From assembly GCA_963694245.1 (NCBI GenBank), contig CAVOCR010000001.1, forward strand, positions 1 to 27,574: DNA of 27,574 nt. Direction: 5' to 3'. The notes under the pieces are model-generated. The model had not been told where the DNA came from. It searched no databases and saw only the letters and a program-made list of their open reading frames with translations. Below are positions 8,390 through 15,748 of this stretch, in pieces (position 1 is the first letter of the stretch; each line of letters opens with the position of its first letter). Source of the DNA: Myxococcota bacterium (GTDB taxonomy: Bacteria > Myxococcota_A > UBA9042 > JABWCM01). A program made the translations under genes and the position numbers.

Positions 8390-9022
8390 CTAGAGGACTC
8401 CGGGGATCAGCGCTTTCACGCTCTTCGCGTAGTCATCATAGTCCTTCAAATCTGCACGAAGAAGCTTCTCTTCATGATGGATGCGTCGCCAGAAGGCGAA
8501 GGGCAGCAGGACGAGCGCGAGCAGAGCCGCATGCCAGGCCTGCAGGAAGATTGTCGTGAAGGCCCAGGTCATCAATGCGCCGGTGTAGCTGGGATGACGT
8601 ACCCAGCGGTAGGGGCCGTGTGTGATCACGGTCTGATCGTGTTGAAGCTCAACGTGCCAGGTGAAGAATTTTCCGAGGGTGCGCACCGCCCAGGTGCGGA
8701 GACCGAGACCCAGGAGCATCATGAGGAGCCCGGCGAGGGCCCATGCGTTCCAATCCATGGATTCGGGGTAGCGGCACCAGGTGGCTTCCACGAGGGCGCT
8801 GGTCTGGACAGCGTAGATGCTGAACAGGATTTGATTCGCAGTCCATTGATCTTCTGCGGTGCGCTGGGTGCCGACTGGGGAGTGTTCCGGTTGAAAAACG
8901 GTCGCAAGAACTCCGATGCAGACGAGGATCCAGGGCTGGGCGTGGGTGAGGAATTCGGGCTCAATCCACGCGGGCAGGATCAGCGCCGCGCAGTTCAGAA
9001 CGATGGCTCGAATCCAGCGCAT
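8390..9022 (-). CDS. Isoprenylcysteine carboxyl methyltransferase (ICMT/PEMT)-family membrane protein
   Basis: Hydrophobic; LGKFFT, VITHGPYRWVRHPSYTG, RIHHEEKLL signature. Confidence 0.88.
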   Translation of the reverse strand: MRWIRAIVLNCAALILPAWIEPEFLTHAQPWILVCIGVLATVFQPEHSPVGTQRTAEDQWTANQILFSIYAVQTSALVEATWCRYPESMDWNAWALAGLLMMLLGLGLRTWAVRTLGKFFTWHVELQHDQTVITHGPYRWVRHPSYTGALMTWAFTTIFLQAWHAALLALVLLPFAFWRRIHHEEKLLRADLKDYDDYAKSVKALIPGVL

Positions 9023-9028
9023 GTCAGC

Positions 9029-11815
9029 CTATTTGTCGGGGAATCGGAACCCGTGCCGACCGTTCTTCTTGAAGTAGAGTTTGGCACCGAAGGGTTTTCC
9101 GGCCTTGGAGGTGAAGCCTTCCAACAGCTCGCTCTCCTTTCCATTGAACAGGGTCTTGACGTCGTCCCGGGTGATCTCGCGCTTGCAGATTTCCCGGGGA
9201 ACACTTCTTCGGCAATCATCGGCGGAGCATTTGAACTCGGTCTCTGTTTCGACGACCCCGCTCTTGTCGGATTTGCAGTTGCAGGGACCCACGGGCTCCG
9301 GGTTCACTTCGAACTTTTTCGCCTGGCTCGCTCCCTCTCCGCCTGTACGCGGGGGGAATTCCCAGGCGATCTTACCGGATTCTTCCAGCTTGAGCGTTGC
9401 GCTGAATGGACGACTTCTGCGGCTGATGAAGCCCTCAAGGGCCGCCGTTTTACGCTCGTCTCCGATCAACTGTCCCACTTCTGCTGGCTCCAGAGTGCGT
9501 TTGCAGAGCTGGAGCGGAAGTGAGAAGGCGCAGCCCTTTTCATCTCCCACGACACAGGTGAATCCGCGGGGACCCCGCCGAATGATTCCGTCTCCACATT
9601 GCGGGCATTTGCCGACTTCAACCGGGGTCACGTCCAGATTCTCGGTCGCGATTTCCCGGCCCTTGGAGCGAATCTCCATTCGATGATCTTCGAGAAGAGC
9701 GATGCTCGCCTCGTACTCCCGAGCGTCTCGGGTGAAGAAGCCGACCTTGCTTGCAGTCTCCCGTTCAATGAGGAGCGTCTGGGCTGTTTCGCGATCGATG
9801 AATCTTCCGCCCGCTTCTTTCCAGATGACGAAGGCACACGTGCCCTCCTTGCCTCCGTTGGAGCAGGAGTAGGTGCGCATCGACTCACGCACCTTGCCGT
9901 CCTTGCATGCGGGGCAGTCGCCGAGGTCCTCGGTTTCCGCATAGAGCGTGTCGTATTCGAATCCGCGAATCGCTTCGACGATGTCATTCGTCCAGTTTCG
10001 GATTTCAGCCATGTAGTCGTCCCGTAGCCGATCCCCTTTCTCAACGGCCTGGAGCGCGTCTTCAAGGGATGCGGTCAACTCGGGAGAGGTGAGGCGCGGG
10101 AGATTGATCATCCGCAGGGACTCGATGAGTCGAATGCCACGGGGGGTGGCTCGCATTCCCCGCCGCCCATCCTTGGATGCACAGCGCTCCGCATATTCGC
10201 GATTGAGCAGTGTTTCGATGATGTCGGCGCGAGTGGCCGGTGTTCCGAGTCCTCCCGTGTCTTTCATGATCTGCGCGAAGTGGGTGTCGTCGATTTCCTT
10301 TCCTGCCGTCTCCATCAATCCGAGCAGCGCCGCTTCGTTGTGACGTGCGGGAGGCTTCGTTTCCTTTTCCTCGTGGCTGTGCTCTTCCAATGACACGGGC
10401 GTGGGTTGATCCGTCGGAGTCGCGGTCAACGGGGCCAGCGCCGCCTCGGAATCCTCTGAGTCCTTGTTGTGGACAGCTCGCCAACCCGGCTCTTTGAGCA
10501 CTTTCAAGCGCGTGCGGAACGTATCGTCCTTCAGGCGGGTGATGCGTTCAATTTCCGTGGATATCGCGGGCGGATGAAACGCCGCGAGGAATCGTCGGGT
10601 CACCAGATCGAAGATCCGAGCGGGATCTCCATCCATGCCTCCAGGATTTCCCTGGCCGGTTGGAATGATCGCGAAGTGATCGGAGATCGCGGCATCGTCG
10701 AAAATCCGCTCGGTGTTTTGCAGTCCGTCCGTTAGCAGGGTCTTTGCGTGAACACCCCACGTTTTCTCTTTTGAGAGTGTCTGGATTACTTCCGTGACCA
10801 CCTCAGTGTAGTCCGAAGGAAGCGCCTTGGAATCCGTACGCGGGTAGGTGATGGCCTTTTCTGTCTCATAGAGCTGCTGGGCCGCACGGAGTGTGCGCCT
10901 CGCGGAGAATCCGAATCGGCGATTGGCTTCTCGTTGCAGCATGGTGAGATCGAAGAGAGGAGGAGCTGTCGCACGACTGTCCTTGCGTGTTTCCGTCGCG
11001 GAGGCTTCGGGCTTGCTCTCCAGAAGCGCCAGGACGCGATCGCGTTCCTCCGCGGTGTGAATGCGGTCTCGAGGGGCGTCCGCCTTGGCGTTGAACCACA
11101 TGGCATCGTATTGATGGCTGGGCGGTCCGGCTGCTCCAAATTGGGCGGCGATGGTCCAGTAGGCGGCAGGCGTGTGGGCGAGGATTTCGAGTTCCCGGGA
11201 CACGAGGATGGCGAGAGTGGCCGTCTGCACGCGTCCTGCAGACCATACGCCACGATCCCGGCTGGAGCGCATGCGGATGGTCAATGCACGCGTGGCGTTG
11301 ATTCCGATCAGCCAGTCCGATTCCGCTCGACAATCCGCGGCGTCCGCGAGTCCGTCGACTTCCGAGTTCTCCCGCGGATTCGCGAGACTTTCGCGGATGG
11401 AATTGGTGGTCATCGATTGGAGCCAAAGGCGCTCGACGGGTTTCTTTGAACCGGCAAATCGATAGATCTCCCGGAAGATCAATTCCCCTTCACGCCCTGC
11501 ATCACATGCGTTGATGACGAGGTTCACTTCTTTGTTGTTCAGGTATTTCTTGAGCGCTGTGAGCTGCTTCCGTGCGCCCCGAACGGGCTGTACCTGAAAG
11601 GCGTCTGGGGCGATGGGAAGGTCTTTCAAGCGCCAGCGCTTCAAATCCTTGTCGTAGCCTTCAGGCTCCAGAAATTCGACCAGGTGTCCAAGCGCCCAGC
11701 TCACGATATGGCTTTCGCTCTCCCAGGCGTGGGCGTTCTTTTCGTCGGCGCCAACGACGCGTGCGATGTCTGCGGCAACACTGGGTTTCTCGGCGATGAT
11801 GAGGGTCTTGCTCAT
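9029..11815 (-). CDS. topB: DNA topoisomerase III with three C-terminal Cys-containing repeats
   Basis: IAEKPSVA, NACDAGREGE, SAGRVQT, catalytic ITYPRTDS, DHFAIIP, GLGTPATR; three CPxC...C...C + GFxS repeats. ATG 11815 follows AGGAG. Confidence 0.93.
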   Translation of the reverse strand: MSKTLIIAEKPSVAADIARVVGADEKNAHAWESESHIVSWALGHLVEFLEPEGYDKDLKRWRLKDLPIAPDAFQVQPVRGARKQLTALKKYLNNKEVNLVINACDAGREGELIFREIYRFAGSKKPVERLWLQSMTTNSIRESLANPRENSEVDGLADAADCRAESDWLIGINATRALTIRMRSSRDRGVWSAGRVQTATLAILVSRELEILAHTPAAYWTIAAQFGAAGPPSHQYDAMWFNAKADAPRDRIHTAEERDRVLALLESKPEASATETRKDSRATAPPLFDLTMLQREANRRFGFSARRTLRAAQQLYETEKAITYPRTDSKALPSDYTEVVTEVIQTLSKEKTWGVHAKTLLTDGLQNTERIFDDAAISDHFAIIPTGQGNPGGMDGDPARIFDLVTRRFLAAFHPPAISTEIERITRLKDDTFRTRLKVLKEPGWRAVHNKDSEDSEAALAPLTATPTDQPTPVSLEEHSHEEKETKPPARHNEAALLGLMETAGKEIDDTHFAQIMKDTGGLGTPATRADIIETLLNREYAERCASKDGRRGMRATPRGIRLIESLRMINLPRLTSPELTASLEDALQAVEKGDRLRDDYMAEIRNWTNDIVEAIRGFEYDTLYAETEDLGDCPACKDGKVRESMRTYSCSNGGKEGTCAFVIWKEAGGRFIDRETAQTLLIERETASKVGFFTRDAREYEASIALLEDHRMEIRSKGREIATENLDVTPVEVGKCPQCGDGIIRRGPRGFTCVVGDEKGCAFSLPLQLCKRTLEPAEVGQLIGDERKTAALEGFISRRSRPFSATLKLEESGKIAWEFPPRTGGEGASQAKKFEVNPEPVGPCNCKSDKSGVVETETEFKCSADDCRRSVPREICKREITRDDVKTLFNGKESELLEGFTSKAGKPFGAKLYFKKNGRHGFRFPDK

Positions 11816-11909
11816 GTTTCTCATCTCCTGGAAGAAGGCGGTTCCTCGCGTTTGAGGAGCCAGTTTCATGCTCGGTGTCGCTTGGCGCAACTTTCATCCG
11901 ACAGGCGTT

Positions 11910-11938
11910 CGTGTAAGGCGTTTTGGAGCGATCGTCAA
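11910..11938 (-). promoter_or_regulatory. Candidate sigma70 promoter of topB
   Basis: Minus strand TTGACG-N17-TACACG, about 95 bp upstream of the ATG. Confidence 0.35.
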
Positions 11939-11950
11939 GTTGAGATGGGA

Positions 11951-11969
11951 CGCTTCCCTCCGGGAAGCG
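11951..11969. terminator. GC-rich hairpin downstream of rsmI
   Basis: CGCTTCCC-TCC-GGGAAGCG, a perfect 8-bp stem 25 nt after the rsmI stop. No U-tract, so termination is uncertain. Confidence 0.4.
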
Positions 11970-11994
11970 GGTGGACGCGCGCGCGCGAGGCAGA

Positions 11995-12837
11995 TCAATC
12001 CGGAATCGTGTCTGCGTCCCGAACCACGTCGGCGACGAGGCGCCTTGGAATGTCGCGTAGAATGGCGATGGCGCTGATCGCGTCCCGGTCCGACAGTCCC
12101 CGACCTCTGAGTGCGGGAAGGTCCCGGAGGATCTGCTTGTGTTGTTCTTCGGGATCCGAGGGATTCGTGTCCAGATGAACGACAAGCGTGGCTTCTCCGC
12201 GGGTGTGTTCGTCTGCGAGGACGAAGTCCTTTGCGAGAAATCGGTGGTGCGTTTCATATTCCTTGGTGATCTCCCGGGAAAGCACGACTCGGCCGTTTGG
12301 ATGGTCTTCCGCGATCAGCGCGACGAGCTCGGCGGCGTTTCGCGTGGGGACGAACGCGATGAATGTCCCGGGCGGTCGCATCCGTTCCTGGATCCATCGC
12401 CGGATTTTCGGAGGTTTCTTGGGTGCAAATCCCACAAAGGTGAAGGGCTCCGGGGGAAGTCCACTCGCGCAGAGCGCGGAGAGGGCAGCGCTCGGACCGG
12501 GGATGATCTCCACGTCGCCATCCTGGGCGATCCAGGCGCGAACGAGGACGAATCCGGGATCGCTGATCAGGGGAGTTCCGGCGTCGCTTACCAACGCCAC
12601 GTCGTCCCCGCTTTGCATTCGAGCGATCAGCGTTTCCGTACGACTCGCTTCGTTGTGTTCATGGAGGCTGATCAGGGTGTTGTTGTCGACTCCGTGAGCC
12701 AGAAGGAGCTTCCGGGTGACGCGGGTGTCCTCTGCGGCGATCACATCGGCGCAATGAAGGATCTCCAGAGCCCGAAGAGTGATGTCATGGAGATTCCCAA
12801 TGGGAGTTCCGACAATGTACAGCGTGCCGTTGGCCAA
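11995..12837 (-). CDS. rsmI: 16S rRNA (cytidine-1402-2'-O)-methyltransferase RsmI
   Basis: LYIVGTPIGNLHDITLRAL, AAEDTR, LVSDAGTPLISDPG, IPGPSA, REITK. Confidence 0.95.
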   Translation of the reverse strand: MANGTLYIVGTPIGNLHDITLRALEILHCADVIAAEDTRVTRKLLLAHGVDNNTLISLHEHNEASRTETLIARMQSGDDVALVSDAGTPLISDPGFVLVRAWIAQDGDVEIIPGPSAALSALCASGLPPEPFTFVGFAPKKPPKIRRWIQERMRPPGTFIAFVPTRNAAELVALIAEDHPNGRVVLSREITKEYETHHRFLAKDFVLADEHTRGEATLVVHLDTNPSDPEEQHKQILRDLPALRGRGLSDRDAISAIAILRDIPRRLVADVVRDADTIPD

Positions 12838-12851
12838 CAGGCCCTCCTGGG

Positions 12852-13955
12852 TTAGAAGCGAAGAGATCCCGATGCCATGAATCCGCCTCGCCTGGGCTCG
12901 AAGAGGAGGCTTTCAGCCGTCTTCTTCCCATCGAGGTCAAGCATGAGGAGAATTGTTCCAGTGATGAGCGAGGTCGCTCCCAATCCGTAGAGAGCGAAGG
13001 AGGTGTTCTGTTGTCTCTCGAGGTCTTCACTCAATTCGAGATATGCAGCCGAGCCCTCCTGGGCATTCATGTTCTCATCCAACGCGGTGATGGCCGAATG
13101 GGAGTCTGAGGCAAATGAGGTGAAAAGCGCCCCTGTTCCAAGGGTTGCGAGCCCGACGCCGATCCCTGTCCATCCCGTGACTGACTGCCAGTCTGCGGGG
13201 GGCGTGGAAGCGATGCTCGCTTCCACCGGGGGAGTGGGTTTCGGGACACGAGGGGGGGCAGTGGATGTCTGCGGGGGGGCGGAGACCTCGGGGGCCGCGG
13301 TGGGGACTTCGACCACCGGTGTCTCGAAGGGCTCGAGGTCCAAGGCGACCATGACCGCTTTTCCGACGGTCGCGACGATCTTGTGTTCTTGAATGACCAG
13401 TCCTTCCGTCCCCAGTGGCGGAATGATTCGCACGGTGTGGATTCCCGGAAGCAGCCATGTGGCGAAGGGGGTCCTGGCGTCCTTGTCGGGCCCCGCGGGC
13501 TGGTCGTTGAGGAATACGGGAGCGCCATGAGGGCGACTGTCGATGATCACGTGGACGTGAGAACCCTTCAAAGCGGAACGCAACTCCGCGGCGCTTTCGC
13601 GGGCGAGTTCCACGCGTTTTTTCCACTTTTTATCCGCGACTTCCTCATGGGGAGACACGCGGGCGATGAAACGATCGTAATACGCGAGGGCCTCCACCGG
13701 GCGGACCATCTTCTCGTAGGTCAGCGCGACCGCGACCAGAATCTGCCAGGTGTTGACTTCCCGCCCTTCCACGATGGGGAGGGTCTTTTTGAATGCATCC
13801 AGTGCTTCTTCGTACTCATGTTCGCGGAGCGCATCCTTGCCGGAAAGATAGAGTTCCTGGGCGCCCGGCGGCAGCGCCAGGGCCGCTGGAATAGCGATCC
13901 ACATCAGACATGTCGCGAGGGCAATTGCGACGATTCGTTCAGTCCAGGAGGGCAT
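12852..13955 (-). CDS. Exported TPR + PEGA-domain protein
   Basis: Signal peptide (AALA), TPR-like helices, PEGA-like IDSRPHGAPVFLN...TP...LLPGIHTVRI, Pro-rich linker, Gly-rich hydrophobic hairpin, terminal SLRF. Confidence 0.75.
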   Translation of the reverse strand: MPSWTERIVAIALATCLMWIAIPAALALPPGAQELYLSGKDALREHEYEEALDAFKKTLPIVEGREVNTWQILVAVALTYEKMVRPVEALAYYDRFIARVSPHEEVADKKWKKRVELARESAAELRSALKGSHVHVIIDSRPHGAPVFLNDQPAGPDKDARTPFATWLLPGIHTVRIIPPLGTEGLVIQEHKIVATVGKAVMVALDLEPFETPVVEVPTAAPEVSAPPQTSTAPPRVPKPTPPVEASIASTPPADWQSVTGWTGIGVGLATLGTGALFTSFASDSHSAITALDENMNAQEGSAAYLELSEDLERQQNTSFALYGLGATSLITGTILLMLDLDGKKTAESLLFEPRRGGFMASGSLRF

Positions 13956-15540
13956 CGATTTTACTCACTTCGGGCTTTTTGCGGTTCTTGACGGGGGACT
14001 TTCCAGGGCGTTTGCGTTCCGATCCCTGTCGGGGGGCGGTTGCCGTCGAAGAGGGAGTCTTCTTTTTCTTCTCGGTTGCGGTTTCCGTGTCTTTCGAGGC
14101 GGCGTCGTCGCCAACTGGCGCGAGGGCTTCCTGTTCAGGCGTCGGTGAGAGGACAGGAATCGGCACGACCGCTTCTTCAGGAGGAGCTGCGACGGCTTCT
14201 TCGGGAGGAGGTGCGACGGTGTTCTTCTCAGTGGTGTCGGAAACGACGGGAGTCGATTCCGAGGTCAGGGGTGTCTTCACGCCAGTCGTCATCCGCGGTG
14301 CATCCCGGTTGAGCAAGAACCAGGTGCCGAAGGCGACGAGACCGACCAGAGCCAACGAAAGTCCCCGTTGGATCCAGCTGGACCGCGTCGATTGTGTGGA
14401 TCCCGAGTCCATGCGGGCCCGAAGCGTTTGAACGTCCCGGTTGAAGGTGTGGGTGAAGAGCGTGGGGGCGCCCGGTTGAACGAGTGTCTGGGGGGCTTCG
14501 TCGTCGCCCGACTTCTCCTTCTCGCGTCGTGTCCCCATTCCGGCTTCCGCGGTTCCGTTCGCGATGGCTTGCAGCTCGCTCAGAAAGAATCCGGCATTCT
14601 GGGGGCGTGTCAGTGGATCTTTCGACAGGCAGCGTTGGATGAAGGTTTCGAGAGGGCGCGAGACCTTGATGCCCAGCTCTGAGAGCTTTCGAGGGCTCTT
14701 CTGGACATGGGCCATGAAGATGTCGAAGGGGGTGTCTCCTTCGAAAGGACAGTGGCCTGAGATGAGCTGGTAGAGGATGATCGCCATCGAATAGACATCG
14801 GCTGCTGCCGTGACCTGGCGCCCTCGGATGATTTCGGGCGACATGTAGGGGGGCGTTCCGGAGAGCTGGCCCGTGTTGGTCAGTGTCATGTCCCCGGTGA
14901 GGGGCTTGGCGCGGGCGATGCCGAAGTCCAGCACCTTCACGTAGTCCTCCGTGGTCTCCGTGTCGACCAGGAGGATGTTTTCGGGCTTCAGGTCGCGATG
15001 GATGATCTGGTGGGCATGCGCCTCTGCCAGGGATTCGGCGATTTCCGCGACGATTCGAAGGGCGTCGTGGGTCGGGAGCACTCCCTCCTGATCGATGCGA
15101 TCCTGGAGCGTGCGGCCGGGGAGGTATTCCATCGCGATGTAGAGGAGGCCGTCTTTGGTCTCTCCGTGGTCGAAGACAGTGACCGTATGCTGGTTGCTGA
15201 GTCGACTCGTGGCTCTGGCCTCCAGAAGAAAGCGTTGAGCGATGATTCCCCGGGTTGCCAGAAGCGGTCGCAGAATTTTCAGCGCGACGATGCGATCCAC
15301 GGAGCTCTGGCGCGCCTTGTAGACGGAGCCGAAGCCTCCATGTCCAATCAACTCCAGGATCTCGAAGCGATCTTCGATGATCCGTCCCAGAAGCATTTCG
15401 TCGATTTCACGGTCCTCTGCACCACGATCCCCGACAGATTGCTCGGCCGGTTCGCTGGAGGAATCCATCGGAACAAGGGTGTCGTTCTCAGGTTGAGTTC
15501 GACCCTCGTCTTCTGGAGGAGTTGTGGGTTTCTCGGTCAT
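13939..15540 (-). CDS. Membrane-anchored Hanks-type Ser/Thr protein kinase
   Basis: GHGGFGSVY, VALK, HRDLKPEN, DFGIAR, GTPPYMSPE, DVYS; one TM; Pro/Lys-rich tail. ATG 15540 follows GAGGT (the track starts at 15648). Confidence 0.93.
   Translation of the reverse strand: MTEKPTTPPEDEGRTQPENDTLVPMDSSSEPAEQSVGDRGAEDREIDEMLLGRIIEDRFEILELIGHGGFGSVYKARQSSVDRIVALKILRPLLATRGIIAQRFLLEARATSRLSNQHTVTVFDHGETKDGLLYIAMEYLPGRTLQDRIDQEGVLPTHDALRIVAEIAESLAEAHAHQIIHRDLKPENILLVDTETTEDYVKVLDFGIARAKPLTGDMTLTNTGQLSGTPPYMSPEIIRGRQVTAAADVYSMAIILYQLISGHCPFEGDTPFDIFMAHVQKSPRKLSELGIKVSRPLETFIQRCLSKDPLTRPQNAGFFLSELQAIANGTAEAGMGTRREKEKSGDDEAPQTLVQPGAPTLFTHTFNRDVQTLRARMDSGSTQSTRSSWIQRGLSLALVGLVAFGTWFLLNRDAPRMTTGVKTPLTSESTPVVSDTTEKNTVAPPPEEAVAAPPEEAVVPIPVLSPTPEQEALAPVGDDAASKDTETATEKKKKTPSSTATAPRQGSERKRPGKSPVKNRKKPEVSKIDALLD
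14167..14218. repeat. 24-bp in-frame tandem duplication in the kinase tail (APPPEEAV/AAPPEEAV)
   Basis: 14167-14190 vs 14191-14214 are identical at 21 of 24 positions. Confidence 0.85.
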
Positions 15541-15678
15541 TCTCGACCTCATCACACCCATGGGCAGTCGCTCCCGTTCAAGACAGCCTACCACCGCGAG
15601 GAGGACGTCTCCAATAATCGGAGGGTGTGGTTTTCCCTCTTTTCTCATTCCAGGAATCGCCGACCAGATTGGCTTTGC

Positions 15679-15706
15679 TTGCGATTGGGGATCTCCAACC
15701 TATGCT
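15679..15706 (+). promoter_or_regulatory. Candidate sigma70 promoter of the Cys-rich lipoprotein gene
   Basis: TTGCGA-N16-TATGCT, about 40 bp upstream of ATG 15749. Confidence 0.3.
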
Positions 15707-15748
15707 AGGGGCTGATTGCCGTGACGGGTTCACCGGCGAGAGGCGCTC

